Shown: positions 48,609 through 59,336, counted from the first letter of the stretch. The stretch is DNA of 64,000 nucleotides from Thermodesulfobacteriota bacterium (GCA_034189385.1 JAXHVD010000006.1:96001-160000), one strand, 5' to 3'. The notes: generated by a model not told the origin, from the sequence alone. A program made the numbers and translations.

Positions 48609-50534
48609 TCATAGTCTAAAATGATTTAAACGTCCACCTGCAACCACAATATTCCTTTCTCTCTCATCCAGTGCGATGTCCACATCAAACCCATAGTCCT
48701 GTGTCGCGTTCCAGACATGAAGGGATCTTTCCCCTCCCTTCAGTGAGCCTGCAGCACCCTCCGCCACCACTTGGTCTCCAGGCTGGATACGGCCAATATC
48801 CTGGAGCCTGGAAAAAGTCATGGGCAGAATTCCGAAATTGATCAGATTGGCACGGTGGATACGGGCAAAGGAATGGGCTATCACTCCCCTGATCCCCAAA
48901 TACATGGGTCCAAGGGCTGCGTGTTCCCGACTTGATCCTTGTCCGTAGTTCCTGCCTGCCACGACAAAGCCGCCGCCCTTTTCCATAGCCCTTTTTGCAA
49001 ACCCAGGGTCACGTTGTGAGAAGACGTATTTTGAGATCTCAGGGATGTTGGACCGCAAAGAAAGGATATGGGGTCCGGCAGGCAAGATGTCGTCCGTGGT
49101 AATGTCATCCCCCAGACAAATCAGCACTTCTCCCCTTAAGGTCTCTTCCATGGCAAGACCCTTTGGAAGGGGTTGGATGTTGGGGCCTCTCACCACCTCC
49201 ACAGCCTCAGGATCGTCGGAGGGTTGCAAGAACAGATGATCCATATGAGGCAAAACTTGGGGTACGGCTACCTGAATGGGCTCACCAAAGGTCCTGGGAT
49301 CGGTGAGTTCCCCTTTCACGGCCGATACAGCAGCCACCTCCGCACTGGAGAGATAGATCCTGGCATCCATGGTTCCGCTACGACCCTTGAAGTTTCGATT
49401 AAAGGTCCTTAGCGTCACCCCGCCAGTCGGAGGAGATTGTCCAATGCCGATACATGGCCCACAAGCCGATTCCAGGACGCGGGCCCCGGCCTCTATGATG
49501 TCTGTCAAGGCCCCTGTTCGGGCCAGTGCTGACAGCACCTGCCTGGAACCAGGCGATATAACTAGGCTTGTCTCTGGATGGACAGAGCGCCCTTTCAACA
49601 CACCAGCCACAGTAGCCAAGTCCTTGTACGAGGAGTTGGTGCAACTGCCGATAGCCACCTGATCCAATTTTAGTCCCTGGATCTCTTTGACCGGACAGAC
49701 CTCATCGGGCATATGGGGCTGGGCCACCATGGGTTCTAGTTGAGACAGATCTATGGTGATGACCTCATGGTAGGAGCCGTCCGGGTCTGCCGAAAGGGGC
49801 GCAAAGTCCTCTTCTCTTTTCTGAGATTTCAAAAATGCCAACGTACCCTCATCGCTAGGAAAGACAGAAGTCGTCGCACCGGTCTCTGCCCCCATGTTTG
49901 TAATCGTGGCCCGCTCTGTTACAGAAAGGGCCTTGACCCCGGGCCCGCCGTATTCAAAGACCCGGCCGACGCCCCCTTTCACGGAAACGCGGCGGAGCAA
50001 TTCCAGAACGATATCCTTGGCCGACACCCAAGGTGACAATGCCCCCTCCAGTCTGACCAGGACCACTTCTGGGCATGTTAGCCGGAAGGGTTCCCCAGCC
50101 ATGGCCATGGCCACGTCCAGGCCGCCGCTTCCAATGGCAAGCATCCCCAAACCGCCTCCTGTAGAGGTATGACTGTCTGAGCCAAGGAGGGTCTGGCCAG
50201 GTACCCCGAATCGCTCCAGGTGGACCTGGTGACAGATGCCATTGCCAGGCCCCGAAAAGATGATGCCGTATTTTGAAGCAACGGACCGAAGAAATCGGTG
50301 ATCATCGCTGTTTTGAAAACCGGCCTGAAAGGTATTGTGGTCCACATAGCTTACCGAGAGCCTGGTCCGCACGCGAGGTATCCCAAGGGCCTCAAACTGC
50401 AAACAAGCCATGGTCCCTGTGGCATCCTGCGTGAGGGTCTGATCAATGGGGATCGCTACAGGTTCTCCCGGCAGGGGGATGGGGCTTATCCCGTGGGCTT
50501 CTAAAATTTTTTCAACAAGGTTCTTGCCCGGCAT
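48609..50534 (-). CDS. Aconitate hydratase (short type)
   Basis: QDATG, DHN, GICHQ, GSDSHT, GSCTN, CGPCIG, FNRNF.GR, TTDDI, NYGQGSSRE. Confidence 0.93.
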   Translation of the reverse strand: MPGKNLVEKILEAHGISPIPLPGEPVAIPIDQTLTQDATGTMACLQFEALGIPRVRTRLSVSYVDHNTFQAGFQNSDDHRFLRSVASKYGIIFSGPGNGICHQVHLERFGVPGQTLLGSDSHTSTGGGLGMLAIGSGGLDVAMAMAGEPFRLTCPEVVLVRLEGALSPWVSAKDIVLELLRRVSVKGGVGRVFEYGGPGVKALSVTERATITNMGAETGATTSVFPSDEGTLAFLKSQKREEDFAPLSADPDGSYHEVITIDLSQLEPMVAQPHMPDEVCPVKEIQGLKLDQVAIGSCTNSSYKDLATVAGVLKGRSVHPETSLVISPGSRQVLSALARTGALTDIIEAGARVLESACGPCIGIGQSPPTGGVTLRTFNRNFKGRSGTMDARIYLSSAEVAAVSAVKGELTDPRTFGEPIQVAVPQVLPHMDHLFLQPSDDPEAVEVVRGPNIQPLPKGLAMEETLRGEVLICLGDDITTDDILPAGPHILSLRSNIPEISKYVFSQRDPGFAKRAMEKGGGFVVAGRNYGQGSSREHAALGPMYLGIRGVIAHSFARIHRANLINFGILPMTFSRLQDIGRIQPGDQVVAEGAAGSLKGGERSLHVWNATQDYGFDVDIALDERERNIVVAGGRLNHFRL

Positions 50535-50593
50535 TATTTTCCCCTGCTTGCATCCACCCAGCGTAGTGTCTTCACGATGGCTTTACAATTTCC

Positions 50594-50663
50594 GTCATGC
50601 CGGACTTTCTTGATCCGGCATCCAGATCTTCTTCTGGATTCCCCGGTCAAGCCGGGGAATGAC
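50594..50663. repeat. REP-like multi-hairpin palindrome
   Basis: gtcatgccgga..tccggcat ccag..ctgg attccccgg tcaag ccggggaat gac. Confidence 0.75.
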
Positions 50664-50885
50664 CACTTTCGGCTTTTTCTTGTCAGGTTCACATTATTGT
50701 CAAGAAATCACAGAACACAGCACTGTGTGAGGGGCGCATAACTCGCGCCGACGGGCCAGCTTTCAACAGATGCTGGCCAGTATGAAGCTCTTGTCCTAAG
50801 ATAAATGAGCCCATCTGATCCAACGATGGGCCACCGTTTCCTACCACCAAAGCACAGCGTCGTCAATCGCGACCTGCCACCCTGT

Positions 50886-51581
50886 TCAGTACGTGGTCCT
50901 TTGAAACTGGGCCAATTCTTCGAGTACCTCTTCTTCCGTCACATCGTACCAGTACTCGTAGGCCTCGGCCACTGCGAAGCTAAAGCCTGTACGGATATTG
51001 GCACAATACATCCGGTCCACCTTTCCTGCAACACCCTCCACTGATTGGCTGTGGCCTGTAGGCACGGCAACCACAACCTGGGATGGAGACACCTTGTAGA
51101 GGGCCTCTACTGCCACAGACATGGTAAAGCCTGAGGCTAGCCCGTCGTCTATGAGAATGACAGTCCTGTCTGAAAGGGAGGGCAGTGGCTTGTCGCCCCG
51201 AAAGAGGGTAACCCGTCGCTCGACCTTGGTGCGGGTCTGGGCGATGCCTTCTTCTATCTCCTCTTTCTTCAGCCCAAGTCGGGCCACGAGGTGATCGTTG
51301 AGCTTCAAGGTATCGTCAAAGGCCAGGGCCCCGTACCCTGCCTCTGTGTTCCAAGGTAACGTGATCTTGCTCACCACGGCCACGTCCAGGGGAAGGCCCA
51401 GTTGCCTGGCAATCTCGGCCCCTACGGGCACCCCTCCGGCAGGGATGGCAAGCACGATGGCAGTCGCCCCCTGAAACCTTTCCATCATCTGCGCCAGGGC
51501 CAGGCCAGCCTCTTGGCGATCCCGAAAGACCCGAGTTCTATTGTGCAGGTCAGGCCTTTCTATAATGTTTGAGCGATCCAT
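50886..51581 (-). CDS. Phosphoribosyltransferase family protein
   Basis: FRDR.EAG..LA, LAIP.GGVPV, VILIDDGLASG.T, VVAVP. Confidence 0.9.
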   Translation of the reverse strand: MDRSNIIERPDLHNRTRVFRDRQEAGLALAQMMERFQGATAIVLAIPAGGVPVGAEIARQLGLPLDVAVVSKITLPWNTEAGYGALAFDDTLKLNDHLVARLGLKKEEIEEGIAQTRTKVERRVTLFRGDKPLPSLSDRTVILIDDGLASGFTMSVAVEALYKVSPSQVVVAVPTGHSQSVEGVAGKVDRMYCANIRTGFSFAVAEAYEYWYDVTEEEVLEELAQFQRTTY

Positions 51582-51810
51582 GTACGCTATACCATCTAAA
51601 AAAAAGAGCTTGAAAACACCGCACCTTCACGTAGTCAAGACCTCTCTATTCCTTTGAGACAGATACTGGACACTCGGCGCTGGATCATGGCTTCGGGTGG
51701 ACCGTTTTATTCAGAATCCAGAGACTAGAATCCTGTATCAGTGCTTAGGGGCACAGCACTATCTCCAAGAAAGTCTGATATGGTTCACCCAACACCTGGT
51801 CTTAGAATCT

Positions 51811-52917
51811 TCAGTACTCCTCGCCCAACATATGCACGTTTCCTATGTGAACCCTCGTCAGGCCGGCTCTTTGTGCCACCTTTTGGCAGCGCAGGGCATG
51901 GGCCCGAGAAGTCCTGGGCAGATCCTTGAGATAGAAATGGGGCCAGAAGCCCAAAAGGCTGTACGGAATGTCAGGATCCAAAACTTTTATGAACCGCGCA
52001 ATGCCGTCCACCTCGTGCTCATCCACATAGCCCGGTACCAGAAGGGTGCTCGCAATCAAAAATGGAGGATCTGGTCGCTCCGAGATGAGCTTGCTCAGTG
52101 CTTGGAAATTATCTAGCGTCTTTCCATTTGTCACGCCGCACAGGGCCTTATGAAGGCCTTGGTCCCAGGCCTTTAGGTCACACTTGACGCACCCCCCTGA
52201 TTGAAGAGACACCTGAGCCATCATATTCAGGTAGGGCTGGTTCAAAGACCCATTTGTCTCCCAGCAGATCCTCAATATTTTATTTCCTTTTCTCTTCATG
52301 GCCAGGCTGGCAGCCTTCAACGCATGGAGTATCTGGGGGCCCGGGTCACCGCCGAAGTAGCAGATGCAATTGGTGATCTCATCGGCCGCTCTTGCAAGAT
52401 CCCTTGCATGAAACTTATCCGGGGAAAAGGTCTTCTCCTTGAAGTGGTAGTTCTGGCAATAGAGGCAGTTGAAGGCACAGGCATGGTAGAATGCGGCGAG
52501 ATTTTGGTATCCCCTTTCAGGCCCCTTGGCACGGGCATAGCGGGGATAGCCACACCCTGTACCCGCTGGACAGACAACGCTAGCTACGCAATTGGTAGGC
52601 AGGGGATCATAGTATAAGGAGAGCTTTCCCTCATGGGGCCGTCCTCCCTTTAGCTTTCCATCCCGTACTTGCCGAAGCCCGCAAAAACCGTACTCGCCTT
52701 CCGGAATCCGGCACCTGTTAAAACATATGTGGCAAGAGATGCCCTCAGGATCCCGAGGCGGCTCTGTGGGAAGGCCATAGGCCTTGCGACTTCTGGCATG
52801 AATCTTGGAGATCTCCGGCCAGACTTCAGAGAAATGTGTGCGGATGCAATCTGCACAAAACCCGATGACATCGGAAATGGTCTTGCCAGACCTTTCACAG
52901 AAACGACACCTACCCAT
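51811..52917 (-). CDS. Radical SAM protein (PFL-activase / AmmeMemoRadiSam-like) with Cys-rich N-terminus
   Basis: CAFNCLYCQN, FGGDP, ETNG, DLKA, TLLVPGYVD. Confidence 0.9.
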   Translation of the reverse strand: MGRCRFCERSGKTISDVIGFCADCIRTHFSEVWPEISKIHARSRKAYGLPTEPPRDPEGISCHICFNRCRIPEGEYGFCGLRQVRDGKLKGGRPHEGKLSLYYDPLPTNCVASVVCPAGTGCGYPRYARAKGPERGYQNLAAFYHACAFNCLYCQNYHFKEKTFSPDKFHARDLARAADEITNCICYFGGDPGPQILHALKAASLAMKRKGNKILRICWETNGSLNQPYLNMMAQVSLQSGGCVKCDLKAWDQGLHKALCGVTNGKTLDNFQALSKLISERPDPPFLIASTLLVPGYVDEHEVDGIARFIKVLDPDIPYSLLGFWPHFYLKDLPRTSRAHALRCQKVAQRAGLTRVHIGNVHMLGEEY

Positions 52918-53019
52918 GGAGTCTCACCGTCAACGCGCCAAGAAGGGCGATTGTCCAACCCATGCCCCCTTTACACGTTTACATGGAAGGTTTTACGCCA
53001 AGCCGGTAGGAGGCTCAGC

Positions 53020-54105
53020 CTAGCCATTCTTTTTGGCAAACTCTCCCATGAAATCCACCAGGGCCTGGACCGCCTCCAGGGAGATTGAATTATAGATGGA
53101 GGCCCGACACCCGCCCACGGATCGGTGCCCCTTGAGTCCCCCCATGCCGTTGTCCAAGGCCTGCTGCACGAACTTCTTTTCCAGTTCCTCACTGGGGAGC
53201 CGAAAGGTCACATTCATAAAAGACCGACTATCCTTTTCAGCCGTTCCGCTGTAAAAAGCTGTCTCGTCAATTGCCCTGTAGAGGAGATCTGCTTTTTGCC
53301 GGTTAAGCCTGTCCATCTCCTCTAGCCCCCCCATGGTCTCTTCGAGCCATTTCAGTACCAGTTGAATCGTGTATATGGCAAAACATGGCGGCGTGTTGAA
53401 CATGGAGTTCTTTTCCACAAAGGTCGTATACTTGAGCATGGTGGGAAGCTGTTCAGGAACGCGCTCTAACAAGTCTTGGCGCACGATGACCAGAGTGGCT
53501 CCTGCAGGCCCTAGATTCTTCTGGGCCCCGGCATAGATCAAACCGAAAGGGGAAGGATCAAATGGCCTGCTCATGATGTCAGAAGACATATCACTGATGA
53601 GCGGGGCCCCCCCGGTATCAGGGAAAGACGCCCATTGGGTCCCCTTGATGGTGTTGTTTGAAGTGATATGAACATAGGCTGCAGTAGAACTGAAGGAAAT
53701 GCCTTTTGGAATGTAAGAAAAACCCTTGTCTTCAGATGAGGCAACCACCTGGACTGTTTTTCCTTGAATCTGGGCCTCCTTGATCGCTTTTGTGGCCCAC
53801 GTGCCGGTGTTCACATAGTCGGCGGACATCCCATCGGGCAACAGGTTCATGGGAATCATGCAAAACTGCAAGCTTGCCCCTCCCTGGAGAAAGGCCACGT
53901 GGAAGCTATCATCAAGCTGTAAGAGACGTCTTACACGCACAATGGCGTCTTCAATGACGTCATCAAACCACTTGGATCGATGGCTCACCTCGGTGATAGA
54001 CATGCCTGACCCTTTAAAATTCAGAAACTCTGCCTGGATCTCCTCCAACACTGCCGACGGCAAAGCTGCCGGCCCTGGGTTGAAGTTATAGATTCTTCCT
54101 TTCAT
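53020..54105 (-). CDS. serC: Phosphoserine aminotransferase
   Basis: NFNPGP, SHRS, QGGAS, DMSS, AGAQKN.GPAG, NTPP, GHRSVGG.RAS.YN. Confidence 0.97.
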   Translation of the reverse strand: MKGRIYNFNPGPAALPSAVLEEIQAEFLNFKGSGMSITEVSHRSKWFDDVIEDAIVRVRRLLQLDDSFHVAFLQGGASLQFCMIPMNLLPDGMSADYVNTGTWATKAIKEAQIQGKTVQVVASSEDKGFSYIPKGISFSSTAAYVHITSNNTIKGTQWASFPDTGGAPLISDMSSDIMSRPFDPSPFGLIYAGAQKNLGPAGATLVIVRQDLLERVPEQLPTMLKYTTFVEKNSMFNTPPCFAIYTIQLVLKWLEETMGGLEEMDRLNRQKADLLYRAIDETAFYSGTAEKDSRSFMNVTFRLPSEELEKKFVQQALDNGMGGLKGHRSVGGCRASIYNSISLEAVQALVDFMGEFAKKNG

Positions 54106-54260
54106 TTCAACCTCCTGAGTTTTTTGCGACGCTACAAAGAAAAAGCTCCCGGTGTCAAGGAGAAAACCAGGCCCTCGAGCAGAGACTTGACAACCTATCT
54201 GTTCTGGGAGTAGAAGGACACAGTCAAGATACTCAACAATCCGCTGAAGGAGAAGAAAAA

Positions 54261-55841
54261 TTGAAAGTCCTGGTGAGTGATAAGCTGGCAGATGTGGGCG
54301 TCAGGATGTTTGAAGAAGCCGAGGGTATTGACGTTGACGTAAAAATAGGCCTTCCACCGGAAGAGTTGAAGGCCATCATCAAAGACTACCATGGATTGGC
54401 CATAAGGAGCGCCACAAAGGTGACAGAGGAGATCCTAGAGGCGGCCATTCAGTTGAAGGTCATAGGCCGGGCCGGTATAGGGCTGGACAATGTGGATATT
54501 TCTGGAGCTACCAAGAGAGGCATCGTGGTCATGAATACGCCGGAAGGGAATGTAGTGACCACTGCTGAGCACGCCGTTTCCATGTTGCTTTCCCTCTCAC
54601 GGAACATCCCCCAGGGGACCTCAACCCTGAAAGCCGGTAAGTGGGAAAAGAAGAATTTGCAGGGCCGTGAAATCTTCAACAAGACGTTGGGAGTTCTGGG
54701 CTACGGTCGGATCGGCAGAATCGTTGCTGACCGGACCAGAGGACTGAAGATGAACGTCATCGTTCATGACCCCTACGTGAACAAGGATTTGGTCGAACAG
54801 GAGGGCTTTGAAGCAGTCTCCCTGGAAGAGCTTTACAAGCGGTCCGATTATATCACGGTCCATGTCCCGAAGCTAAAGGACACCATTGATTTCATCAACA
54901 AAGAGGCATTCCACCAGATGAAAGACGGGGTCATGATCGTCAACTGTGCCCGGGGGGGGATTGTAAATGAAGCCGACTTGGTGGAGGCCTTAAAGGCTGG
55001 AAAGGTGGGAGGTGCAGCCTTGGACGTTTTTGAGACTGAGCCGCCCGGCCTCATCCCGCTTTTGGAATTTGAAAACGTTATCTGTACTCCCCACCTAGGC
55101 GCCTCTACGGCAGAAGCGCAAAGCAATGTGGCTGTGGCTGTGGCCGAACAGATTATTAGTTACCTGCAGACCGGCACTGTTATCAACTCCGTGAATGTCC
55201 CCTCGGTGACTGGAGAACTGCTGACCAAACTCCAACCCTATCTAACCCTGGCCGACCGTATGGGATGTCTTCAAGCCCAACTGGCACAAGGACCAATTAA
55301 GACTGTTACCGTGAAGTACTCTGGAGATTTCGTGGGCCTAGACATGAGCCCAGTCACCACGGCTGCCCTCAAGGGCTTGCTGACGCCCTTTCTCAAAGAC
55401 GACGTCAATTTTGTAAATGCCCCGATAATTGCCAAAGAACGGGGAATTAAGGTAACCGAGTCTCGCAGTGTGGAAACCGAAGATTTTGTGAACCTTGTCA
55501 CCATTGAGGTATCATGGACCGAAGGGTCTAACACGGTCTCCGGAACCATTTTCGGCAAGCACGAACCTCGCATTGTCCGGGTCAACGCCTCAAGGCTAGA
55601 AGCCGTTCCCGAGGGCCACATGCTGCTTATACACAACATGGACAAACCCGGTGCCATCGGCAGCATCGGAACGGTCCTTGGCAAGCACAATGTCAATATC
55701 GCCAGGATGAATGTGGGTCAAGAAAAGGATGGCGGCCGCAATGTGATCTTCCTAGATACAGACACCCCGGCGCCACCCGAGGCAGTGGAGGAACTGAAGG
55801 CCCTTCCTCTTGTAAAATCAGTGACTCCCATGGAGCTGTAG
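54261..55841 (+). CDS. serA: D-3-phosphoglycerate dehydrogenase (long ASB+ACT form)
   Basis: GRAGIGLDNVD, GYGRIG, NCARGG, DVF..EP, TPHLGAST.EAQ, DKPG.IG. Confidence 0.96.
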   Translation: MKVLVSDKLADVGVRMFEEAEGIDVDVKIGLPPEELKAIIKDYHGLAIRSATKVTEEILEAAIQLKVIGRAGIGLDNVDISGATKRGIVVMNTPEGNVVTTAEHAVSMLLSLSRNIPQGTSTLKAGKWEKKNLQGREIFNKTLGVLGYGRIGRIVADRTRGLKMNVIVHDPYVNKDLVEQEGFEAVSLEELYKRSDYITVHVPKLKDTIDFINKEAFHQMKDGVMIVNCARGGIVNEADLVEALKAGKVGGAALDVFETEPPGLIPLLEFENVICTPHLGASTAEAQSNVAVAVAEQIISYLQTGTVINSVNVPSVTGELLTKLQPYLTLADRMGCLQAQLAQGPIKTVTVKYSGDFVGLDMSPVTTAALKGLLTPFLKDDVNFVNAPIIAKERGIKVTESRSVETEDFVNLVTIEVSWTEGSNTVSGTIFGKHEPRIVRVNASRLEAVPEGHMLLIHNMDKPGAIGSIGTVLGKHNVNIARMNVGQEKDGGRNVIFLDTDTPAPPEAVEELKALPLVKSVTPMEL

Positions 55842-56043
55842 GTCCTGTACCAGGTATCTATTGCGAAAACATAGGGACCAGAGAGCAGCCAGCTCTGCCC
55901 AGCCCTCCCATTAATACCCCGAAAAGAGACACGGTAGCGCTGATGCACCCCTTACAGCCCTTTGGCTGGAAAGGGATTGAGGAGCATTTTCATACCGTGG
56001 CATCGTATCACCTTAATCGGACTGCCAACGGGAAGCCAACTTC

Positions 56044-56072
56044 TTGACAAGGTCTTTTTCAGTACGTATAAA
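56044..56072 (+). promoter_or_regulatory. sigma70 promoter
   Basis: TTGACA-17 nt-TATAAA upstream of the DUF1844 gene. Confidence 0.65.
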
Positions 56073-56144
56073 TGTGCAGCTTGGCGATCCTTTCTAGTCC
56101 CTATCCCGAGGGAACTATCCTAAAGCAGAATCAAGGAGGCAGGC

Positions 56145-56558
56145 ATGGCAGAAGAAGAAAAGGGGTTTGTCATAAAGGACAAACGTGCGTTTTCATCAGA
56201 GACAGGAGAGCCCACGCCAGAGGCTTCAACAGAGGCAGAAGAGGAGAAGGAGGCTGAAGACACGGAGGAAGGGTCCGGCGAGGCAGCGTCAGCCGCTGAG
56301 GAGGGGTTCCAGCTTCCCGAGGTCAATTTTGCCACCTTTGTCTTCTCCCTTAGCTCTTCAGCCATACTCCATTTTGGTGAAATACCAGACCCCGCCACTG
56401 GCGCCAAGAACACCAATCTTCCCATGGCCAAACATACCATTGATATTTTGGGAATGCTGGAAGAAAAAACCAAGGGAAATCTCACAGAGGATGAATCCCA
56501 GCTTCTTAAGAACATCCTTTACGACCTCAGGATGCGGTACGTAAAGGCGACTACCTGA
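56145..56558 (+). CDS. DUF1844 domain protein
   Basis: F..FV.SL..SA..H.G..PDP, AK..ID.L..L.EKTKGNL..E..LL...LYDLR..YV. Confidence 0.9.
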   Translation: MAEEEKGFVIKDKRAFSSETGEPTPEASTEAEEEKEAEDTEEGSGEAASAAEEGFQLPEVNFATFVFSLSSSAILHFGEIPDPATGAKNTNLPMAKHTIDILGMLEEKTKGNLTEDESQLLKNILYDLRMRYVKATT

Positions 56559-56601
56559 GAACCTTGGGGTATTTGGATTCTATTTGGAAGGAGAAACATA
56601 C

Positions 56602-58077
56602 ATGAATACAAAAAAGCCGACTGGTAACTACAGGTGGCGCATAGGGATTGCTGCAACTGCTCTCATTTGTGTGGCAGTAGGTTTCTTTTTAGCGACTGGC
56701 CTTGATCTTACCAACAATACATCTGCATCCGCCCCCGCTTCGACGGTCATGGTGCCGAGCAGCTTTTCGGAAGTGGCAAAAGCGGTGAGTCCCGCTGTGG
56801 TAAACATTCGGGCCGAAAAGGTTGTAAAAGGAGGAGGATCTGTTTTTAGGCATTTCCAAAGCCCCCATGGAGAGGGCGACCCCTTTCATGATTTCTTTGA
56901 AAGGTTTTTCGGGGACATCCCTCGGCGAGAATTTAAGGAGCGAAGCCTAGGCTCGGGGTTCTTTATTGATTCAGAGGGCCACATCGTCACCAACAACCAT
57001 GTCATAGAAAATGCCGACAAGATCAAGGTAAAACTCAATAACGGCAAGGAGTTCGATGCGGAGATCGTTGGCCGGGACCCGAAAACCGATATCGCCTTGG
57101 TAAAAGCAAAAGGACTAACGGATTTTCATGCCGTTGAGCTGGGGGACTCTGATGCCTTGGAGGTAGGTGAGTGGGTGGTGGCCGTGGGCAGCCCCTTTGG
57201 ACTGGAACACACCGTTACCGCAGGGATAGTCAGTGCCAAGGGGCGTGTGATCGGCTCCGGCCCTTATGACGACTTTATTCAGACTGATGCCTCCATCAAT
57301 CCCGGAAATAGTGGTGGGCCCCTTGTGAATATGAAAGGAAAAGTAGTCGGCATCAATACAGCCATTGTCTCTAGAAGCGGCGGCAATGTGGGAATCGGTT
57401 TTGCCATCCCGACGAGCTTGGCCGAGGATATCATTGAACAATTAAAGGAGTCGGGATCTGTCACAAGAGGCTGGCTTGGAGTGAGCATTCAGGATCTGAC
57501 ACCAGAGCTTGCCGAATACTATGGCGTCAAGGATGGTCAAGGCGCCCTTGTGGGGGAGGTTTTTGAGGGAGACCCTGCCGACAAGGCAGGAATGGAAGCA
57601 AAAGATGTCATTGTAGAGGTAGATGGCAAAAAAATTGAAGATAGCAGGGACTTATCGAGAACCATCGCACAGGTTCCGGTGGACAAGAAAGTGACTATCA
57701 AGGCGCTCAGAAACGGAAAAGAGCGTACCTTTCGTGTGAAAATCGTCAAACGCACCGATGAAAAAGAGCCCCTGGCCACAAAAGGCCCTAGCGAGAAGAC
57801 TAACCTGGGGATGAGTGTTTCTCCCCTCACGCCTGAGCTGGCCAGGCAATTTGGTGTCACTGAAACCAAAGGCGTTGTGGTTGTAGCCATTGAAGAGGAC
57901 AGCCCGGCACAAGAGGCCGAGGTCCAAGAAGGAGATCTCATCCTGGAAATCGACCATAAGCCCATAAAAAGCCTTGAAGACTACGAGGAACAGATCGAAA
58001 AAGTGAAAGAAGGAGAGACGGTATCCTTCCTGGTAAGGAGAAAGACAGGTTTTCTTATTCTAAACCTCACCAAATAG
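56602..58077 (+). CDS. HtrA/DegP/DegQ (Do) serine protease with two PDZ domains
   Basis: GSGF, TNNHV, DIAL, QTDASINPGNSGGPL, RGWLGV. Confidence 0.96.
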   Translation: MNTKKPTGNYRWRIGIAATALICVAVGFFLATGLDLTNNTSASAPASTVMVPSSFSEVAKAVSPAVVNIRAEKVVKGGGSVFRHFQSPHGEGDPFHDFFERFFGDIPRREFKERSLGSGFFIDSEGHIVTNNHVIENADKIKVKLNNGKEFDAEIVGRDPKTDIALVKAKGLTDFHAVELGDSDALEVGEWVVAVGSPFGLEHTVTAGIVSAKGRVIGSGPYDDFIQTDASINPGNSGGPLVNMKGKVVGINTAIVSRSGGNVGIGFAIPTSLAEDIIEQLKESGSVTRGWLGVSIQDLTPELAEYYGVKDGQGALVGEVFEGDPADKAGMEAKDVIVEVDGKKIEDSRDLSRTIAQVPVDKKVTIKALRNGKERTFRVKIVKRTDEKEPLATKGPSEKTNLGMSVSPLTPELARQFGVTETKGVVVVAIEEDSPAQEAEVQEGDLILEIDHKPIKSLEDYEEQIEKVKEGETVSFLVRRKTGFLILNLTK

Positions 58078-58317
58078 GCCAACCGGTTCACCCCGTCCAG
58101 CTGGTTTGGCCCGCCAAGACAGAAGGCGTCACAGAAGCCCGATCCTGTGACGCCATGACCGTGATGGATGCGCTTGCGTCATGTTCGCAGGGGGTCAAAT
58201 GCGCCTTCTGGGCGAAGATGGCGTTACGCAGTACAGGCGGCCGGTGCTATACCCTTCCCAGCCGACGCTTTGTTGTGACGAAAGTGAGCTTACGGCAGAA
58301 TAAGCCCAATAGGACAT

Positions 58318-59169
58318 ATGAAACCGCTGGCCATACGATCCCCCGCCAAGATTAACCTCTTCCTGAAGGTGCTGAGCAAGCGGACCGATGGCTACCATGA
58401 GATCGTTTCGCTTATGTGTCGTGTCAGCTTGTTTGACACCGTAACCTTGTCTTTTGGTCAACCTTCCATTAGTGTCCATTGCGCCCATCCTGAGGTCCCC
58501 GATGGAAAATCCAACTTGGCTTACAAGGCCGCTGCCCATTTCTTTGAAGCCCTGTCAAGACAGGATGGGGTCGCTATATCGATAGACAAGGTCATCCCTG
58601 TAGCTGCGGGCCTAGGAGGTGGAAGCAGCAATGCAGCTGCCGTCTTCATGGGACTCAACGAGCACTATGGGCATCCTTTCACCAAGGAGAAACTCATGGA
58701 TATGGCCTTGAAGGTAGGAGCAGATGTCCCTTTCTTTGTCTTCCAACATTGTGCCGTGGCACGAGGCATTGGGGAACAATTGGAGCGGTTTTGCGGGCTA
58801 CCGTCATGGTCGGTGGTGCTGGTCTGTCCAAAGTGTCAAATATCCACTGCGTGGGCTTACAAACACTTCACTTTACGATTGACAAATTGTGAAGAAAATT
58901 CTAAAGTGCTGCCGTTTACGGAGGACCTATCCAAGACCGAGAGCCTTTTGTACAATGATTTAGAGCAGGTAGCCGTCGACAAGTTTCCAGAGATAGATGC
59001 CATCAAAACGGCCCTCCTTGATCTCGGTGCTGAACAGGCATTGATGTCAGGAAGCGGAGCCGCTGTCTTTGGGCTCTTTCAGGATCCGCAACAAGCCTCT
59101 CTGGCACTTCAAAGGATCAAACAAGAACGACGCTGGGAAACATATGTGGTGAACTTGTTGCTCCCTTGA
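58318..59169 (+). CDS. ispE: 4-diphosphocytidyl-2-C-methyl-D-erythritol kinase
   Basis: PAKINL.L, DGYH, IP..AGLGGGSSNAA, GADVPF, NDLE, MSGSG. Confidence 0.96.
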   Translation: MKPLAIRSPAKINLFLKVLSKRTDGYHEIVSLMCRVSLFDTVTLSFGQPSISVHCAHPEVPDGKSNLAYKAAAHFFEALSRQDGVAISIDKVIPVAAGLGGGSSNAAAVFMGLNEHYGHPFTKEKLMDMALKVGADVPFFVFQHCAVARGIGEQLERFCGLPSWSVVLVCPKCQISTAWAYKHFTLRLTNCEENSKVLPFTEDLSKTESLLYNDLEQVAVDKFPEIDAIKTALLDLGAEQALMSGSGAAVFGLFQDPQQASLALQRIKQERRWETYVVNLLLP

Positions 59170-59178
59170 TGACCGTGC

Positions 59179-59252
59179 TGGGGTGTCGTCAAGTGGTAAG
59201 ACACAGGATTTTGGTTCCTGCATCGGAGGTTCGAATCCTCCCACCCCAGCCA
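59179..59252 (+). tRNA. tRNA-Gln (TTG)
   Basis: Cloverleaf: tggggtg/cacccca acceptor, cagga-tt TTG gt-tcctg anticodon arm, GGTTCGAATCC, encoded CCA. Confidence 0.97.
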
Positions 59253-59336
59253 GCCTGAAGATAGGTTCTGAAAAAGGGGGAAGCAACGAGATGAGTTGTT
59301 GGCGTAGTTTATTGGTTTTGTCACGGGCTGTTGGCA

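Noticed and set aside
55842..56040. Possible structured RNA after serA
   Set aside because: Only short stems (cacggta/taccgtg); no recognisable family or terminator
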